DNA of 64,000 nucleotides from an uncultured virus (IMG/VR IMGVR_UViG_3300010338_000756) (Duplodnaviria; Heunggongvirae; Uroviricota; Caudoviricetes), in the IMG/VR virus record IMGVR_UViG_3300010338_000756, one strand, 5' to 3'. Positions 1-9,700 of this stretch are shown here, piece by piece; position 1 is the first letter of the stretch; every line of letters begins with the position of its first letter. The notes under the pieces were generated by a model. It had not been told where the DNA came from. It searched no databases and saw only the letters and a list, made by a program, of their open reading frames with translations. A program made the translations under genes and the position numbers.

Positions 1-127
1 CGGCGCGGACACGATCTCCATGGTCGCGGGGCTACGTGGCCGCGCCAGTTCCGGTAAAAATGGCTGCATCGCTCTCTGCTGGCACGACGGTAAGCGCAAT
101 CGCATCGTCGTCGGCTACGTCGGCGAG
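1..127 (+). repeat. 127-bp exact direct repeat, copy 1
   Basis: Identical to 60739-60865 by direct comparison. Confidence 0.95.
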
Positions 128-193
128 AACATCAAGGCCGAGACGTGGTACGGCGTAAGCGAGAGCGGCGAGTTGGTCGAGGTGACGCCGTGA
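1..193 (+). CDS. Partial (C-terminal) phage protein, allele of the ASSGD-repeat protein at 60548-60928
   Basis: Frame 2 reads GADTISMVAGLRGRASSGKNGCIALCWHDGKRNRIVVGYVGE..., identical to 60548-60928 up to base 127, then diverges; TGA at 191-193. Confidence 0.8.
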   Translation, partial: GADTISMVAGLRGRASSGKNGCIALCWHDGKRNRIVVGYVGENIKAETWYGVSESGELVEVTP

Positions 194-408
194 GACGCGC
201 ACATCTTTACCTGCGCAACGACGCATGGTGCGCATTCCGCGCCGGCCGCGAACTCTCGCGGTCCGAACAGTGGATGTACTACGCGCGCGATTGGCGCGCC
301 GCAGGCGCCGCGACACACACCGTCGGCAACTGTGTGCGCAATGCGCGCGCTTGCCGCAGGAAATACTGGAAATTCATCTCAGAGATCGTCCGAAAGGATC
401 ACGCATGA
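190..408 (+). CDS. Hypothetical protein, homolog of the C-terminal half of 60925-61305
   Basis: GTG overlaps the upstream stop; CAFRAG..SEQWM..ARD..ARACRRKY aligns with CAYLAG..SRGWM..ARD..ARARRRDY. Confidence 0.65.
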   Translation: MRRAHLYLRNDAWCAFRAGRELSRSEQWMYYARDWRAAGAATHTVGNCVRNARACRRKYWKFISEIVRKDHA

Positions 409-827
409 GTGACGTCATCACCAACCGCGACGCGGCCTATCTCAAGGCGCACGCGGACATCGAGCACGAGGCCGAACTATCCGACATCCCGGCCGAGATG
501 GTCGAGGAAGCGGCGCTCTACTCGCTGACCGTCGCGCCGGAGATGACCGCGCGACAAATCGGCGAAATCTGCCGCGCGTTCACGACGGAGACCGGCACGG
601 TGCACTGCCGGATCGAGTCGATCAACGGCCGCACGGTCGGCGTGTTCGTGAGGACGCGGCGTGCCGCACCGGATGTCGCCACCTCCGCACGCCTCGCGCG
701 CGAGTGCCCGGAGTGCAACGGCAGCGGACTGGCGCTCTATCCGTCCCGCAGCGGCGAATACGTGGCCCGAGACTGCGAGACGTGCGCCGAGCACCGCGCC
801 GTGATCGACAAGGAGGAGGGACGCTGA
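405..827 (+). CDS. Hypothetical protein with ITNRD N-terminal motif and C-terminal zinc ribbon
   Basis: ATGA overlap, AAGGA RBS; CPECNGSG...CETC. Confidence 0.7.
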   Translation: MSDVITNRDAAYLKAHADIEHEAELSDIPAEMVEEAALYSLTVAPEMTARQIGEICRAFTTETGTVHCRIESINGRTVGVFVRTRRAAPDVATSARLARECPECNGSGLALYPSRSGEYVARDCETCAEHRAVIDKEEGR

Positions 828-1000
828 TGGCACTCGCAGCTTTTATCCGCCGCATCAACGCCGAGCTGGCCGCCGCGCGCAAGCAGTGGCAGCGGGATCG
901 CTATCGCAAGGCGCTCAAGCGCAGGTGCGTCGTGCTGCCGCCGCCGCGAGATGACGACCGCAGCAGCATCACCATTCACAAGAGGATCAATACACCGTGA
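827..1000 (+). CDS. Small hypothetical protein, paralog of 62192-62383
   Basis: AGGAGG RBS, TGATG coupling; ELAA..W...YRKALKRR.VVLP motif shared with 62192-62383. Confidence 0.7.
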   Translation: MALAAFIRRINAELAAARKQWQRDRYRKALKRRCVVLPPPRDDDRSSITIHKRINTP

Positions 1001-1113
1001 CCGCACGCAATTCCTTGGCCTCGCGCCTGTTCTCGGTGTTCCTCGTACTCTTGTGGCTCACGCTCATGGGCGCGTTCGCGTGGTCGGTACTGCGCAGCGC
1101 AGCGGGAGCCTAG
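997..1113 (+). CDS. Small single-pass membrane protein (38 aa)
   Basis: GTGA overlap; hydrophobic stretch LFSVFLVLLWLTLMGAFAWSVL. Confidence 0.5.
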   Translation: MTARNSLASRLFSVFLVLLWLTLMGAFAWSVLRSAAGA

Positions 1114-1158
1114 GCAGGACGCACGTGTGACAAGGCTCCGGCGACTGAAAGGCATACC

Positions 1159-2070
1159 GTGTTTCGCAACCTTCTTTGCATCTATCACGCCAACTGCGCC
1201 GACGGTTTCACCGCTGCGTGGGTGGTACGCGCTTTCTGTGCGCAGAACCGCATCGAGGTCGAGTTCCACCCCGGCGTCTATCAGAACCCGCCGCCCGACG
1301 TGACGGGCCGCGACGTGCTGCTGGTCGATTTCTCGTACAAGGAGCCCGTGCTGCGCGACATGGCGGCGCGAGCGCGTTCCATCGCCATCATCGACCATCA
1401 CAAAACCGCTGCCGATGACCTGGCTTTTGCCGGGCCGCTGCCCTCGTGGCGCGAGTGGATCGAGGGTGAGAGCATCGCGCGACGCTACACGGGCGGGCTG
1501 CCAGTCGCTGCGTTGTTCGATACATCCCGCTGCGGCGCGGGCCTCACGTGGGATTACTTCTTCCGCGGGAAGAAGCGCCCCGTGCTCGTCGATTACGTCG
1601 AAGACCGCGACCTCTGGCGATTTGCGCTCTCTGACTCACGTGCCGTCAACGCGGCGATCTTCAGCCACAAGTACACCTTTTCGCAGTGGGATGCGTTGGC
1701 AACGGCGCTCGACACCAACCTCGATGGCGTGGCGCAAGAGGGCCGCGCGATCGAGCGCAAGCACCACAAGGACATCGAGGAGCTGGTCAATGTCGTCACG
1801 CGGCCGATGCTGATCGGCGGCCAGCGTGTGCTCATGGCCAACCTGCCGTACACGTACACGAGCGACGCGGGTCATCTCTTGGCGGAGGGCGAGCCTTTCG
1901 CTGGCTGTTACTGGGATACGCCCGAGGGGCGGGTGTTCAGCCTGCGCAGTCGAGAGGGCGGTGCCGATGTGAGCGCGATCGCCGCACAGTATGGCGGCGG
2001 CGGGCACAAGCACGCTGCGGGCTTCCGTGTGCCATTCGATCAGCTCGGGCAATTCGAGGTCACATCGTGA
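1159..2070 (+). CDS. DHH/DHHA1-family phosphoesterase
   Basis: Motifs YHANCADG, DFS, IDHH, DRDLW and C-terminal GGGGHKHAAGF. Confidence 0.9.
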   Translation: MFRNLLCIYHANCADGFTAAWVVRAFCAQNRIEVEFHPGVYQNPPPDVTGRDVLLVDFSYKEPVLRDMAARARSIAIIDHHKTAADDLAFAGPLPSWREWIEGESIARRYTGGLPVAALFDTSRCGAGLTWDYFFRGKKRPVLVDYVEDRDLWRFALSDSRAVNAAIFSHKYTFSQWDALATALDTNLDGVAQEGRAIERKHHKDIEELVNVVTRPMLIGGQRVLMANLPYTYTSDAGHLLAEGEPFAGCYWDTPEGRVFSLRSREGGADVSAIAAQYGGGGHKHAAGFRVPFDQLGQFEVTS

Positions 2071-2207
2071 TCCGCCGCAAACACGCCGCGCTAAGGTGGG
2101 AGTCGGCGGGACTTACGGGATGGGAGTGCATCGCGTTCAAGCCTTACCCAAAGGACAAGGGCCAGAGCGAGTATCAGAAGCTATTGAATAGATGGGAGGC
2201 CACATGA
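2067..2207 (+). CDS. Small hypothetical protein
   Basis: Coupled start and stop with both neighbours. Confidence 0.4.
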   Translation: MIRRKHAALRWESAGLTGWECIAFKPYPKDKGQSEYQKLLNRWEAT

Positions 2208-2449
2208 CCACCTTCCGCGAGCCGCCGACGTTCATCGACATGCTGACAGAAATTCGCCGGCATCACACGTTGGCGCAGATTGCCAAGGGTACGGGCTACA
2301 GCCCCTCGTATATCTGTGATCTGGCAAACGGCAATCGCCTGCCGACAGTGGCTGTGGTCAACAAACTGTGCGCGTGGCTCGGGCGCGGACCGGTTGGGCA
2401 GCGCACTTGGCATCTTGCAGCGGCGCGTGCTCATGGGTGGAACATATGA
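2204..2449 (+). CDS. XRE/Cro-type helix-turn-helix protein
   Basis: TLAQIAKGTGYSPSYICDLANGNRLP; GGAGG RBS. Confidence 0.8.
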   Translation: MTTFREPPTFIDMLTEIRRHHTLAQIAKGTGYSPSYICDLANGNRLPTVAVVNKLCAWLGRGPVGQRTWHLAAARAHGWNI

Positions 2450-2667
2450 TCACCTTCCGCGAGCCGACTATCGAACTGCCGCAGCCATTCTACCTGTCGT
2501 CCGGTCGAATCATGCTGAGCACCGAGGAGCCTGTAGACCTACTCGTGCCCGACGCCGAAGCCCTGCTCGAAGTGCTGCTCGACATCTGCCCGAATGCCTA
2601 CGCGCTGGCGCACAATTTCCTGTTGGAACGGCAGAAGGCCGAGCACATGAAGGGAGGAGGGAGTTGA
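2446..2667 (+). CDS. Hypothetical protein
   Basis: ATGA overlap; 5' end nearly identical to that of 2204-2449. Confidence 0.6.
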   Translation: MITFREPTIELPQPFYLSSGRIMLSTEEPVDLLVPDAEALLEVLLDICPNAYALAHNFLLERQKAEHMKGGGS

Positions 2668-3128
2668 GCACGCTGCCCTACGAAACCGCCACAAGCGGTG
2701 ACCGCGCCTTGGTCGAAGTTCAGCGCACGCTCGCGAAGTTCGGCTGCCAAAGTTTCGGCACGATGATCGACGCCGAGCGCGGCGTGACGATTGTGCAGTT
2801 CAAATGGCGCGAGCGGCAGATCAGTCTGGAAGCGAGCTGGAAGGGGTATGCGGCGGCTTGGCAGAAAGCTCATCCGTGGTCCGCGTATCGCAGCGGCAAC
2901 CGCCAAGCCTACGACAAGAAGGCGCTAGACATCGGACGGACAGCGGTGTGCTCAGTGCTGCGAGATTGGGTGAAGGGGCAAGTTACAGCGATCGAGTGCG
3001 GCGTGATGTCGTTCGATGCAGCGTTCATGCCGCACATGCTGCTGCCGACGGGTGAGCGCCTGATCGACCGCGCGCAGGCCATGCTTCCGGCGCCGGAGAA
3101 ACCGAAGGTCGTGGAGTTCAAGCCGTGA
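2664..3128 (+). CDS. Hypothetical phage protein
   Basis: GGAGGAGG RBS before TTG; globular composition (LRDWVKGQVTAIECG..F.AAFMPH). Confidence 0.7.
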   Translation: MSTLPYETATSGDRALVEVQRTLAKFGCQSFGTMIDAERGVTIVQFKWRERQISLEASWKGYAAAWQKAHPWSAYRSGNRQAYDKKALDIGRTAVCSVLRDWVKGQVTAIECGVMSFDAAFMPHMLLPTGERLIDRAQAMLPAPEKPKVVEFKP

Positions 3129-3379
3129 CCACCTGCCCGCACTGTTCGGCAGAGTTTGAGCCACGCCGGGCCGATCAGGTCTACTGCAGTCCGAAATGCC
3201 GCATCGAGCACTACCACGCCACCCGAGGCGACGGGGCGCTACGTGGCGCGATTACAGCCGTGCGCAGGCTGACCCATGGGCGAGTATCGGTCACGCTGCG
3301 ATTCCCGCCGGAATCGGCTGACTACGCGTTACGGCTTGAGCCGGGTAAGGTCGCCGAGGTCATCGCGCGCACTGCTTGA
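3125..3379 (+). CDS. Zinc-finger hypothetical protein
   Basis: CPHC...YCSPKC; last gene of the plus arm, converging on the lysis genes. Confidence 0.7.
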   Translation: MTTCPHCSAEFEPRRADQVYCSPKCRIEHYHATRGDGALRGAITAVRRLTHGRVSVTLRFPPESADYALRLEPGKVAEVIARTA

Positions 3380-3605
3380 CCTGCTCTTCGTACTCGACGA
3401 TGACCCGGTGCTGCTCTTCAATCACGTCCTGAGCCGTGGATCCAGCCGGCAGAGTGACCGCCCGCAACCGCTTGCAGGCGGCAGGCTGCGGCACGGGGAC
3501 CGGAATCTCAACGATCCGGGGCGGCTGCACTGCCACCGGGCCGGCGCAGCCCATCAAGGTAAGGTTCAGGTAGGCTGATACGCAGGCAATCGAAGCGCGG
3601 TTCAT
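3360..3605 (-). CDS. Putative o-spanin (Rz1-like lipoprotein)
   Basis: Lipobox-like LTLMGC, Pro-rich linker; overlaps the 3' end of the i-spanin in another frame; start uncertain. Confidence 0.65.
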   Translation of the reverse strand: MNRASIACVSAYLNLTLMGCAGPVAVQPPRIVEIPVPVPQPAACKRLRAVTLPAGSTAQDVIEEQHRVIVEYEEQVKQCAR

Positions 3606-3951
3606 TGACTGACTCCCGAAGTTTGGCGAACTGCGGCGCGATCAGCCGGGCGACTTCGGCGGGGATGGCGTCGACAGCGGACGTGATGGACTGATCCCGT
3701 TCTCGCAGTGCGTCGGCCGCCGCTTGCTGGCGCTCAGCCGCCTGGCGCTCGATGCTGGCCGATTGGGTGGCGAGTTCGGCGCGGAAGTCCGAGATCTGCT
3801 TCTCGGCCCGCGCGACGTTGCCGCGCATGATGGCCCGCGTGGCCCATGTCGCGGCCCCTGCGCCACCGAGGAAGGCGACGGCCGCAAGGATCAGGCACGG
3901 GCCCTTGAACGCCTTGAGCCACGTCAGCGCGGTAGCGAGGGATCCGATCAC
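3508..3951 (-). CDS. Putative i-spanin (Rz-like)
   Basis: N-terminal TM helix, coiled coil, C-terminal Cys; lysis-cassette position. Confidence 0.7.
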   Translation of the reverse strand: MIGSLATALTWLKAFKGPCLILAAVAFLGGAGAATWATRAIMRGNVARAEKQISDFRAELATQSASIERQAAERQQAAADALRERDQSITSAVDAIPAEVARLIAPQFAKLRESVNEPRFDCLRISLPEPYLDGLRRPGGSAAAPDR

Positions 3952-4430
3952 GGCTGCCTCGGCGTGGACTGCAATTGCGCGAGTTCCGCGTTCAATTCGG
4001 CGATGCGTCGCAATCGGCGCTGCTCGGCTTCTGCCTTACGGCGTGCTCGCGTCTCCAGCAGCCATGCATCCTGCAAATCGGGGTCCATGGGCTCACCGTT
4101 CAACTCGCCCCCACCGTCCCATATAAACTCGCGCAGCGGGAAGTGCGTCTTGCAATGCACGCAGAACGTGCCGGAATAGAACCGAGGGTCGCGCGCGTAG
4201 GTCTCGGCGATCGCTTGGCCCATCGTGGTCTGACCTCCGCACCCGATCTGCCGGTCAATTTCGCTAGGGTAGGCGTGGACGTATGACTTGCGCAGCGGCT
4301 TCACGAAGCCTTTCGCCCGTTCCTCCGGCGTCAGCACCACGTATCCACGTTGCTGGCCGTTCGACTGAATCTTTAGATGGCTTCCGTCCTCTGGCACGGG
4401 GCTGCCATCTGTCAACTCTCGTTCGCTCAT
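3948..4430 (-). CDS. Hypothetical protein with putative metal-binding H/C motif
   Basis: YVH...CGGQTTMG..IAETYARDP.FY..TFCVHC; coupled to neighbours. Confidence 0.75.
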   Translation of the reverse strand: MSERELTDGSPVPEDGSHLKIQSNGQQRGYVVLTPEERAKGFVKPLRKSYVHAYPSEIDRQIGCGGQTTMGQAIAETYARDPRFYSGTFCVHCKTHFPLREFIWDGGGELNGEPMDPDLQDAWLLETRARRKAEAEQRRLRRIAELNAELAQLQSTPRQP

Positions 4431-4666
4431 TGCTTCTTGCTCACTTTGAACTGGAACATTTGGCCGGTTGGGCTGCGGTGCACGGCGAAAGACACTATGG
4501 AATCCCCGGTAGCATCGACCTCCGTTACAGAGATGTTGAAAACTCCGTCCTTGTCGGCTAAACGCTTCAGAAATGCCACGATCAACTGGTCTCTGAAGTT
4601 CTCCAGCACGTCATGATGCGGTGCAGCCTGGTCGGCCGCCCTCGCCATGTCCCGTCCCGCGCCCAT
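4427..4666 (-). CDS. Hypothetical protein
   Basis: Coupled TGATG start (alternative ATG at 4648). Confidence 0.55.
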   Translation of the reverse strand: MGAGRDMARAADQAAPHHDVLENFRDQLIVAFLKRLADKDGVFNISVTEVDATGDSIVSFAVHRSPTGQMFQFKVSKKQ

Positions 4667-5034
4667 CAGGCGGTACCCGTTCTGGGACTCGCCGAGATCG
4701 CCGCCTCGGCTCCCGGCAGGAACTTGAACAGCACGCGCGTACCGATGGTGTACAGCCCCGGTGAGATCAGCCCGCCGACCGCCAGCGCCCACGAGAAGCC
4801 TGCCAGCGTGCGCCAGTTCGCCCACGTCACCGCGAGCCCGATCACGAACTGCACCGAGTACCAGAGCCCCCGCCCGCCATTGCGCGGCGCCCACTGGATG
4901 ACGCCCATCTTCACGACCTGCGTGATCGAGATCGCCGCCAGCGTGCCGACCACGACAGATCCGAACTGCGCGTGCGCGATCAGATACTCGAACGCGCCGA
5001 CGATGAACTGCCAGACTTTCGTTGCGGTGTCCAT
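4666..5034 (-). CDS. Putative holin (about 3 TM segments)
   Basis: Three hydrophobic segments; located in the lysis cassette. Confidence 0.6.
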   Translation of the reverse strand: MDTATKVWQFIVGAFEYLIAHAQFGSVVVGTLAAISITQVVKMGVIQWAPRNGGRGLWYSVQFVIGLAVTWANWRTLAGFSWALAVGGLISPGLYTIGTRVLFKFLPGAEAAISASPRTGTA

Positions 5035-5035
5035 G

Positions 5036-5386
5036 CTATGCCTCGTTCTGGCTGAGCGGATAGTTGCCCATGTACCGCGCGAGCGGCTGGCTTGAATACG
5101 GCGCACCGGGTGGCCAGACGTAGCCGAGCACGCGCGCAGGATCGAACGCCGCGATACTGACTCGGTCGCCTTGGTTGCCCCCAAGGATCATCAGCGCGCC
5201 GTGCTCGTTGCGCCCGACCGCGAAGCCGACGTGCCCGCCACCCGTGCGCGCGAATACCGTGATCGCGCCCATCACGGGCGCGGGAATGCGCGTGCCAATG
5301 GAGATAGGCCAAGACAAAGCGCGATAACCGCCCACGAAGCGATACACGCGACCGAAGATGACCAGCTCCAACGGCGAGATGCGCAT
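5036..5386 (-). pseudogene. Truncated NlpC/P60 (TIGR02594-like) peptidoglycan hydrolase
   Basis: Retains GAITVF.R.GGGHVGF...LGGNQ.D.V, but the ORF has no Cys, so the N-terminal catalytic WC motif is missing. Confidence 0.6.
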
Positions 5387-5398
5387 GGTCGAACTCCC

Positions 5399-5644
5399 TT
5401 ATCCATTATGCTCCCCCCCTTTACCCTCATGGGCGACCGCGTTGCGCTGGCGCGCGAACCAGTACGCCGACTGCTGCGTCAGGATCGCAAGCATCCCACC
5501 GAATAGGGTGTCCGCCAAGCGAATCAGTGCAGGGTCGATCTTCGCCCGGCCCAAGGTCACGATGAAGGCCACCGCGAAGAACCCGATGGTGAACACGATG
5601 GTCAGCGCGAACTGCATGATCCCGGTCATTCGGTCATTGGTCAT
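5399..5644 (-). CDS. Small 2-TM membrane protein (holin/antiholin-like)
   Basis: Two hydrophobic helices, YWF motif, charged tail. Confidence 0.65.
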   Translation of the reverse strand: MTNDRMTGIMQFALTIVFTIGFFAVAFIVTLGRAKIDPALIRLADTLFGGMLAILTQQSAYWFARQRNAVAHEGKGGEHNG

Positions 5645-5657
5645 GATCGTCCCCCGC

Positions 5658-6113
5658 TTACAGCTCCGAACAGGACGGCGGACGGTATTCCCGCCCGGTC
5701 AACTCGGTGTAATCCAGCACGCCCTCGGCCACGAGGTCACGGAAATACGCGGCCGTCTCCAAGTCGCTCGCTTTGCATTGCTGCCTCTTGGCGTTCCGGA
5801 TGTCCCGCACCTTATCCTCGATCAGCTTGCGCAGGAGCAGTTGCTTGATCTCCTTCGTCTCGGCTGCTGTCGCGTCAAACTTGGCTTGCAGGTTCTTTAT
5901 CTGTTGTTGCACCGGCTCTATCGCCGCCGTGACCTTCGCGTCCACTTCATCGGCGCGCACGAATCCGAACGGCGACACGCTCCACCCGGCGAAGACGCCG
6001 AACGCCAGCATCGCGATCACCATGTTCCAGCGCCAGTTCTGCAAGCTATCCGGCGTCATTTCGCTAGGTGGCCTGATGAGGTTCAGAAGGCGATAGACCA
6101 TGGTGCGCTCCAC
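5658..6113 (-). CDS. Membrane-anchored coiled-coil protein
   Basis: One TM helix, coiled coil, two C-terminal Cys. Confidence 0.7.
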   Translation of the reverse strand: MERTMVYRLLNLIRPPSEMTPDSLQNWRWNMVIAMLAFGVFAGWSVSPFGFVRADEVDAKVTAAIEPVQQQIKNLQAKFDATAAETKEIKQLLLRKLIEDKVRDIRNAKRQQCKASDLETAAYFRDLVAEGVLDYTELTGREYRPPSCSEL

Positions 6114-6134
6114 GCATCACGATGCGCCTCCGGC

Positions 6135-6296
6135 TCACCTGTGATCGTAGTGAGTCTTGCCACCGGCGCCACCCCCGCCAGACCCCGTGCTCTGATGCTC
6201 GGCCTTCTTCCGCTGGTGCCGGCGATACACGTACCGGCCGGCGAAGTACAGAACCACCACCGCAATCACCAGTCCAATCACGTCACCTGCGTTCAT
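6135..6296 (-). CDS. Small single-pass membrane protein (53 aa; not in the ORF track)
   Basis: AGGAGGA RBS; MNAGDVIGLVIAVVVLYFAGRYVYRRHQRKK... Confidence 0.6.
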   Translation of the reverse strand: MNAGDVIGLVIAVVVLYFAGRYVYRRHQRKKAEHQSTGSGGGGAGGKTHYDHR

Positions 6297-6314
6297 GTCG
6301 TCCTCCTGTCAGGT

Positions 6315-6794
6315 TCACAAATTTTCGTCGATGCGAATCCAAGGGGCATTGACCCCTCGCAATGAGTCTCGCACTGCCCTCATGGCGAGGCGCGAGGATG
6401 TTACCATCCACGTCCCGTTCGGGCCGGCCATGTTGCGACTCAGGCCCGGCGCAATGCAGCCGATGATGTCATACCAGAAGTTCCCGGCGTGAATGAGGAT
6501 CAGGGTCCGTGTCGCATCTTCGCGACCCTCGGGAACGTCCGACGGCAGGTAGTACACGTCCAGTTCCGGGTTCACCAGCGCCCACACGCGATCCCCGGAC
6601 GGCCGGGTGTGCGATCGCAGCGTGTACGTGCCCGGCGCAATGCAGGATACGTGCTTCTCACCAGACCGGCCGCCATGCTGATTCGGCACCCATGTCCGCT
6701 CGATGGTGTGCAGCACTGCACCGTCCGGCAATGTGAGTCGCCCGAGCGTGCAACGCCCATCCCGGTGATCCCTGAGTAACGTCAGCCCGGTCAT
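6315..6794 (-). CDS. DUF5675-like protein, putative endolysin
   Basis: L.R....CTLGRL, TIER.W, SCIAPGTY, ILIHAGN...D..GCIAPG, SRLAM; first gene of the lysis cassette. Confidence 0.75.
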   Translation of the reverse strand: MTGLTLLRDHRDGRCTLGRLTLPDGAVLHTIERTWVPNQHGGRSGEKHVSCIAPGTYTLRSHTRPSGDRVWALVNPELDVYYLPSDVPEGREDATRTLILIHAGNFWYDIIGCIAPGLSRNMAGPNGTWMVTSSRLAMRAVRDSLRGVNAPWIRIDENL

Positions 6795-9700
6795 GCGGCG
6801 CCCCTCGCTGCCTCGATCTCAAAGAACTCACGGGCGAACCGATCCGTCGCCGCTGGCAGCGAGGCGAAGAGTTGCCCCGTGCTCGTGAAGCCCGCCTCCG
6901 TCAGCGACTTCGCGGCCTCGGCCTTGGACCGGCCTGAAATCAGCGGCGACAGCAACTCGTACAACTTGCCGGAATTGCGCTCGCCATAGGTCGCGTCCTC
7001 GACTTCGTTCCACTGACGGTTGAACTCGATCATGGTGTCGCGGATGATCTTCTTCTGCGCCTCAATGCGCTCTACGCGCTCCTTCTCAGGCATGGCGCCG
7101 GCGCGTCGCTCCAACCGCTTGATCTCGCCCCTCGCATCCGCGAGAACGCCCGTGATGGACTTGCGCAGCCCGAGCCGCGGGCGCGGTTCCGCGTTTGCCG
7201 GCCCCACCGAGGTCGCGCGTTGCTTGAGGTCGCGCAGCACGATATTGCGATCCAAGTCTTCGTCGCTCGATGTCCGCGCGTAGTTCGGGAACGCCTCGCG
7301 CACCATCTTAAGCGCCACGGGGTACATGAGCGCCACCTTGCTCAGTCGCTCCTGCCCCTCCTGCGTGGCAATGCCCATCCGGTAGATCGCGTCGATTTCC
7401 TTCTTGGCGTAAGCGATCTCGCTCATGTGACCGTAGAACGTCTCCTGCGTTTCCCGGTCGCCAATTTGGCCCACCACCTTGCGAACGAACGCCATTTCAC
7501 GAGTGGCGAGGTGTTCCATCGGGTCGAGCGCCTTGATCGGCATGTCTGCGGCCGAGGTGAGGAATCGCCCCATGCCGCCCGTCATAAAGTCCGCGAAGTG
7601 CTGGAACGTCTCAGGGCTGATGGAGACCTTGCCCGGCGTAACCTCCGTGCCACCAGTGATCTCGTTCAGCTCGCGCGCCAGTTCCCGCCACATGACCGGA
7701 ACCGTGTCGAAGTACCGCTCCGAATCAGGCGGCGGCGCTTGGTCGAAGTCGGATGGCTCCGGCATGATCTTGCCGCCGTACCACGCCTTGTTCTCGTACA
7801 ACTGCACGAACGGATCGGCCAGCGTCGGAAGCAGGAATTGCGACAGCGACGTGGCATCGCCAATCGGGCTGAATGCACCGAGGTACGCGGACATGACTTC
7901 CGCCGCATCACCGCCGAAGTTCAGCCGCCTGCGATTGCCGATCATCCCGTAGTCCACGTACTTCCCGAGCACTGTGCCCGTGTAGTACACCGCATTGAAG
8001 CCGTATGGCATCGGCACCTTGAGATAGCTCACCGCGGACCCGTCATCGCGTTTCCAGCGCAGCTCTTCTGGCAGCATGACGATCAGGTTGCGGCTCTTCT
8101 CGTACTCCGGAATCTTGTCGTACAGCGGCTCCTTGTCGTCATCATCACCGCCGATCATGCGATTCAGGATGTCCATGGCAATCGCCGCGGCCACCATGCC
8201 GCCGAGCACGATCCGCCCCTTGCGGCTCTTCGCGGTCTGGTACAGACGCGCCGTGCCCTGCACGCTCGCGTTGTAGAACAGGTACAGCGAGTTGAGCACG
8301 ACACCGGCCGCCCCACGCTGATTGAAGTTCACCGTGAGGTTCTTGGCCGCCGCTGCCGCACGCTCAGGCGACAATCCCGCGCCTTTCAGATGCACGAAGG
8401 TCGCGAGACGCACGGCGTTCTCGACCGCCACGTTCTCGCGCTCGATGACATTGCCCACGGCGCGCAACTGCTCACCGGTCCACGCCACGTATCCATCCGG
8501 CCCCAACTTGCGCTGCAACTCCCGCGATAGGTCCGCAGGCGAGTCATAGGCTTGCAGCCACCCCACCTTACCGCCGAGATGCTTGAACTCGTCCCACTCG
8601 GCCGCCCATTCCCCCGACTTGCCCTGCTCGCCTCGGCGCACGGCCCACCACGCCTTGCGCCAGTCGCGCAGAATCTTTAGACGGATGTCGCCTCGCTCTT
8701 CCGAGGTCAGGTTGACCATCGCTGTTTGCAGGTCGCGCAGCGCGTTGGTGACTAGGAACTCCGGGTTGAGCGACGTGTTGATCGCCGAGAGGTAACGATT
8801 GATCCCGTGCAGGAACCCGAGCAACTTGCCCATCTCCGCGGCCGACAGGTTCTTCATCGCCGCCGCCAGACGCAACATTTCTGGCCGCTCAGGGTTGAAC
8901 GTGATGTGGTAGTCCTTCCCGCCGATCTTCACGCGCACCACGTGGTCGGCGAGTTTGTAGGACGGGTTGACGCCCGAGCGCACGAGTCCAGTCACCGGAT
9001 CGAGGTAGCGCGTGTACTCCACTTCGTTCACGGTCCACAGGTCCGGCGCCGGGGTGTTGGTCACGAAGTCGTACAGCGCCCGACCGACCTTGGCCTTCTC
9101 GGCGAGAATGATCGTCGAGTGCGCCTCGGCCACGATGTTCGCGAGAAGGTCGCCCGCCAGCGTGGTCCGCCCGGTGCGGGCCTTGACAAACTTCCCGCCC
9201 GTGTCGAAGCCCTTGCCTTTGCGCGCCATCACGCCGGCATCCGGCTCGCCGGCCCACCCTTTCAGAGGGACGTAGTATTTGTAGGTCGCCTCCCACGAGG
9301 CGATGGTCTCCGGCGTTTGCAGGCCCTCGGCGACCATCGTGTCACGCGCCCACTTGGTCATGCGGTCCACGAAGGCGCCGATCTCGTACAGCTTGCGAAT
9401 GTCGCCGGCACGCGCCAAGTCGGACATGACGGCCGCCGCTTCCGCGTCGCTCATGCCAGACGAGTACCGCGGATCGTTCTGCGTGATGAAACGAATGCGC
9501 GCGTTCGCCTCCGGTGCGTGGCGCGCATAAAGGAACTGCTCGACCTGCCCCCAATCGTAGCCGCTTCGCTTGATGAGTTGGACAAGCGGGTCCACGAACT
9601 GCTTCTCGTAGTCCTCGATGCGGGCCTCCGCGCGGCCGGGGAACAGCGTCTGCTTGAGGTATGCGTCCTCGGCGTCGCTGATTCCCACGCCGCGCCGCCA

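Noticed and set aside
1..190. Repeat pair 1-127 / 60739-60865 as a diversity-generating retroelement template and variable region
   Set aside because: The copies are identical and then diverge at all base types with indels; no reverse transcriptase was recognised
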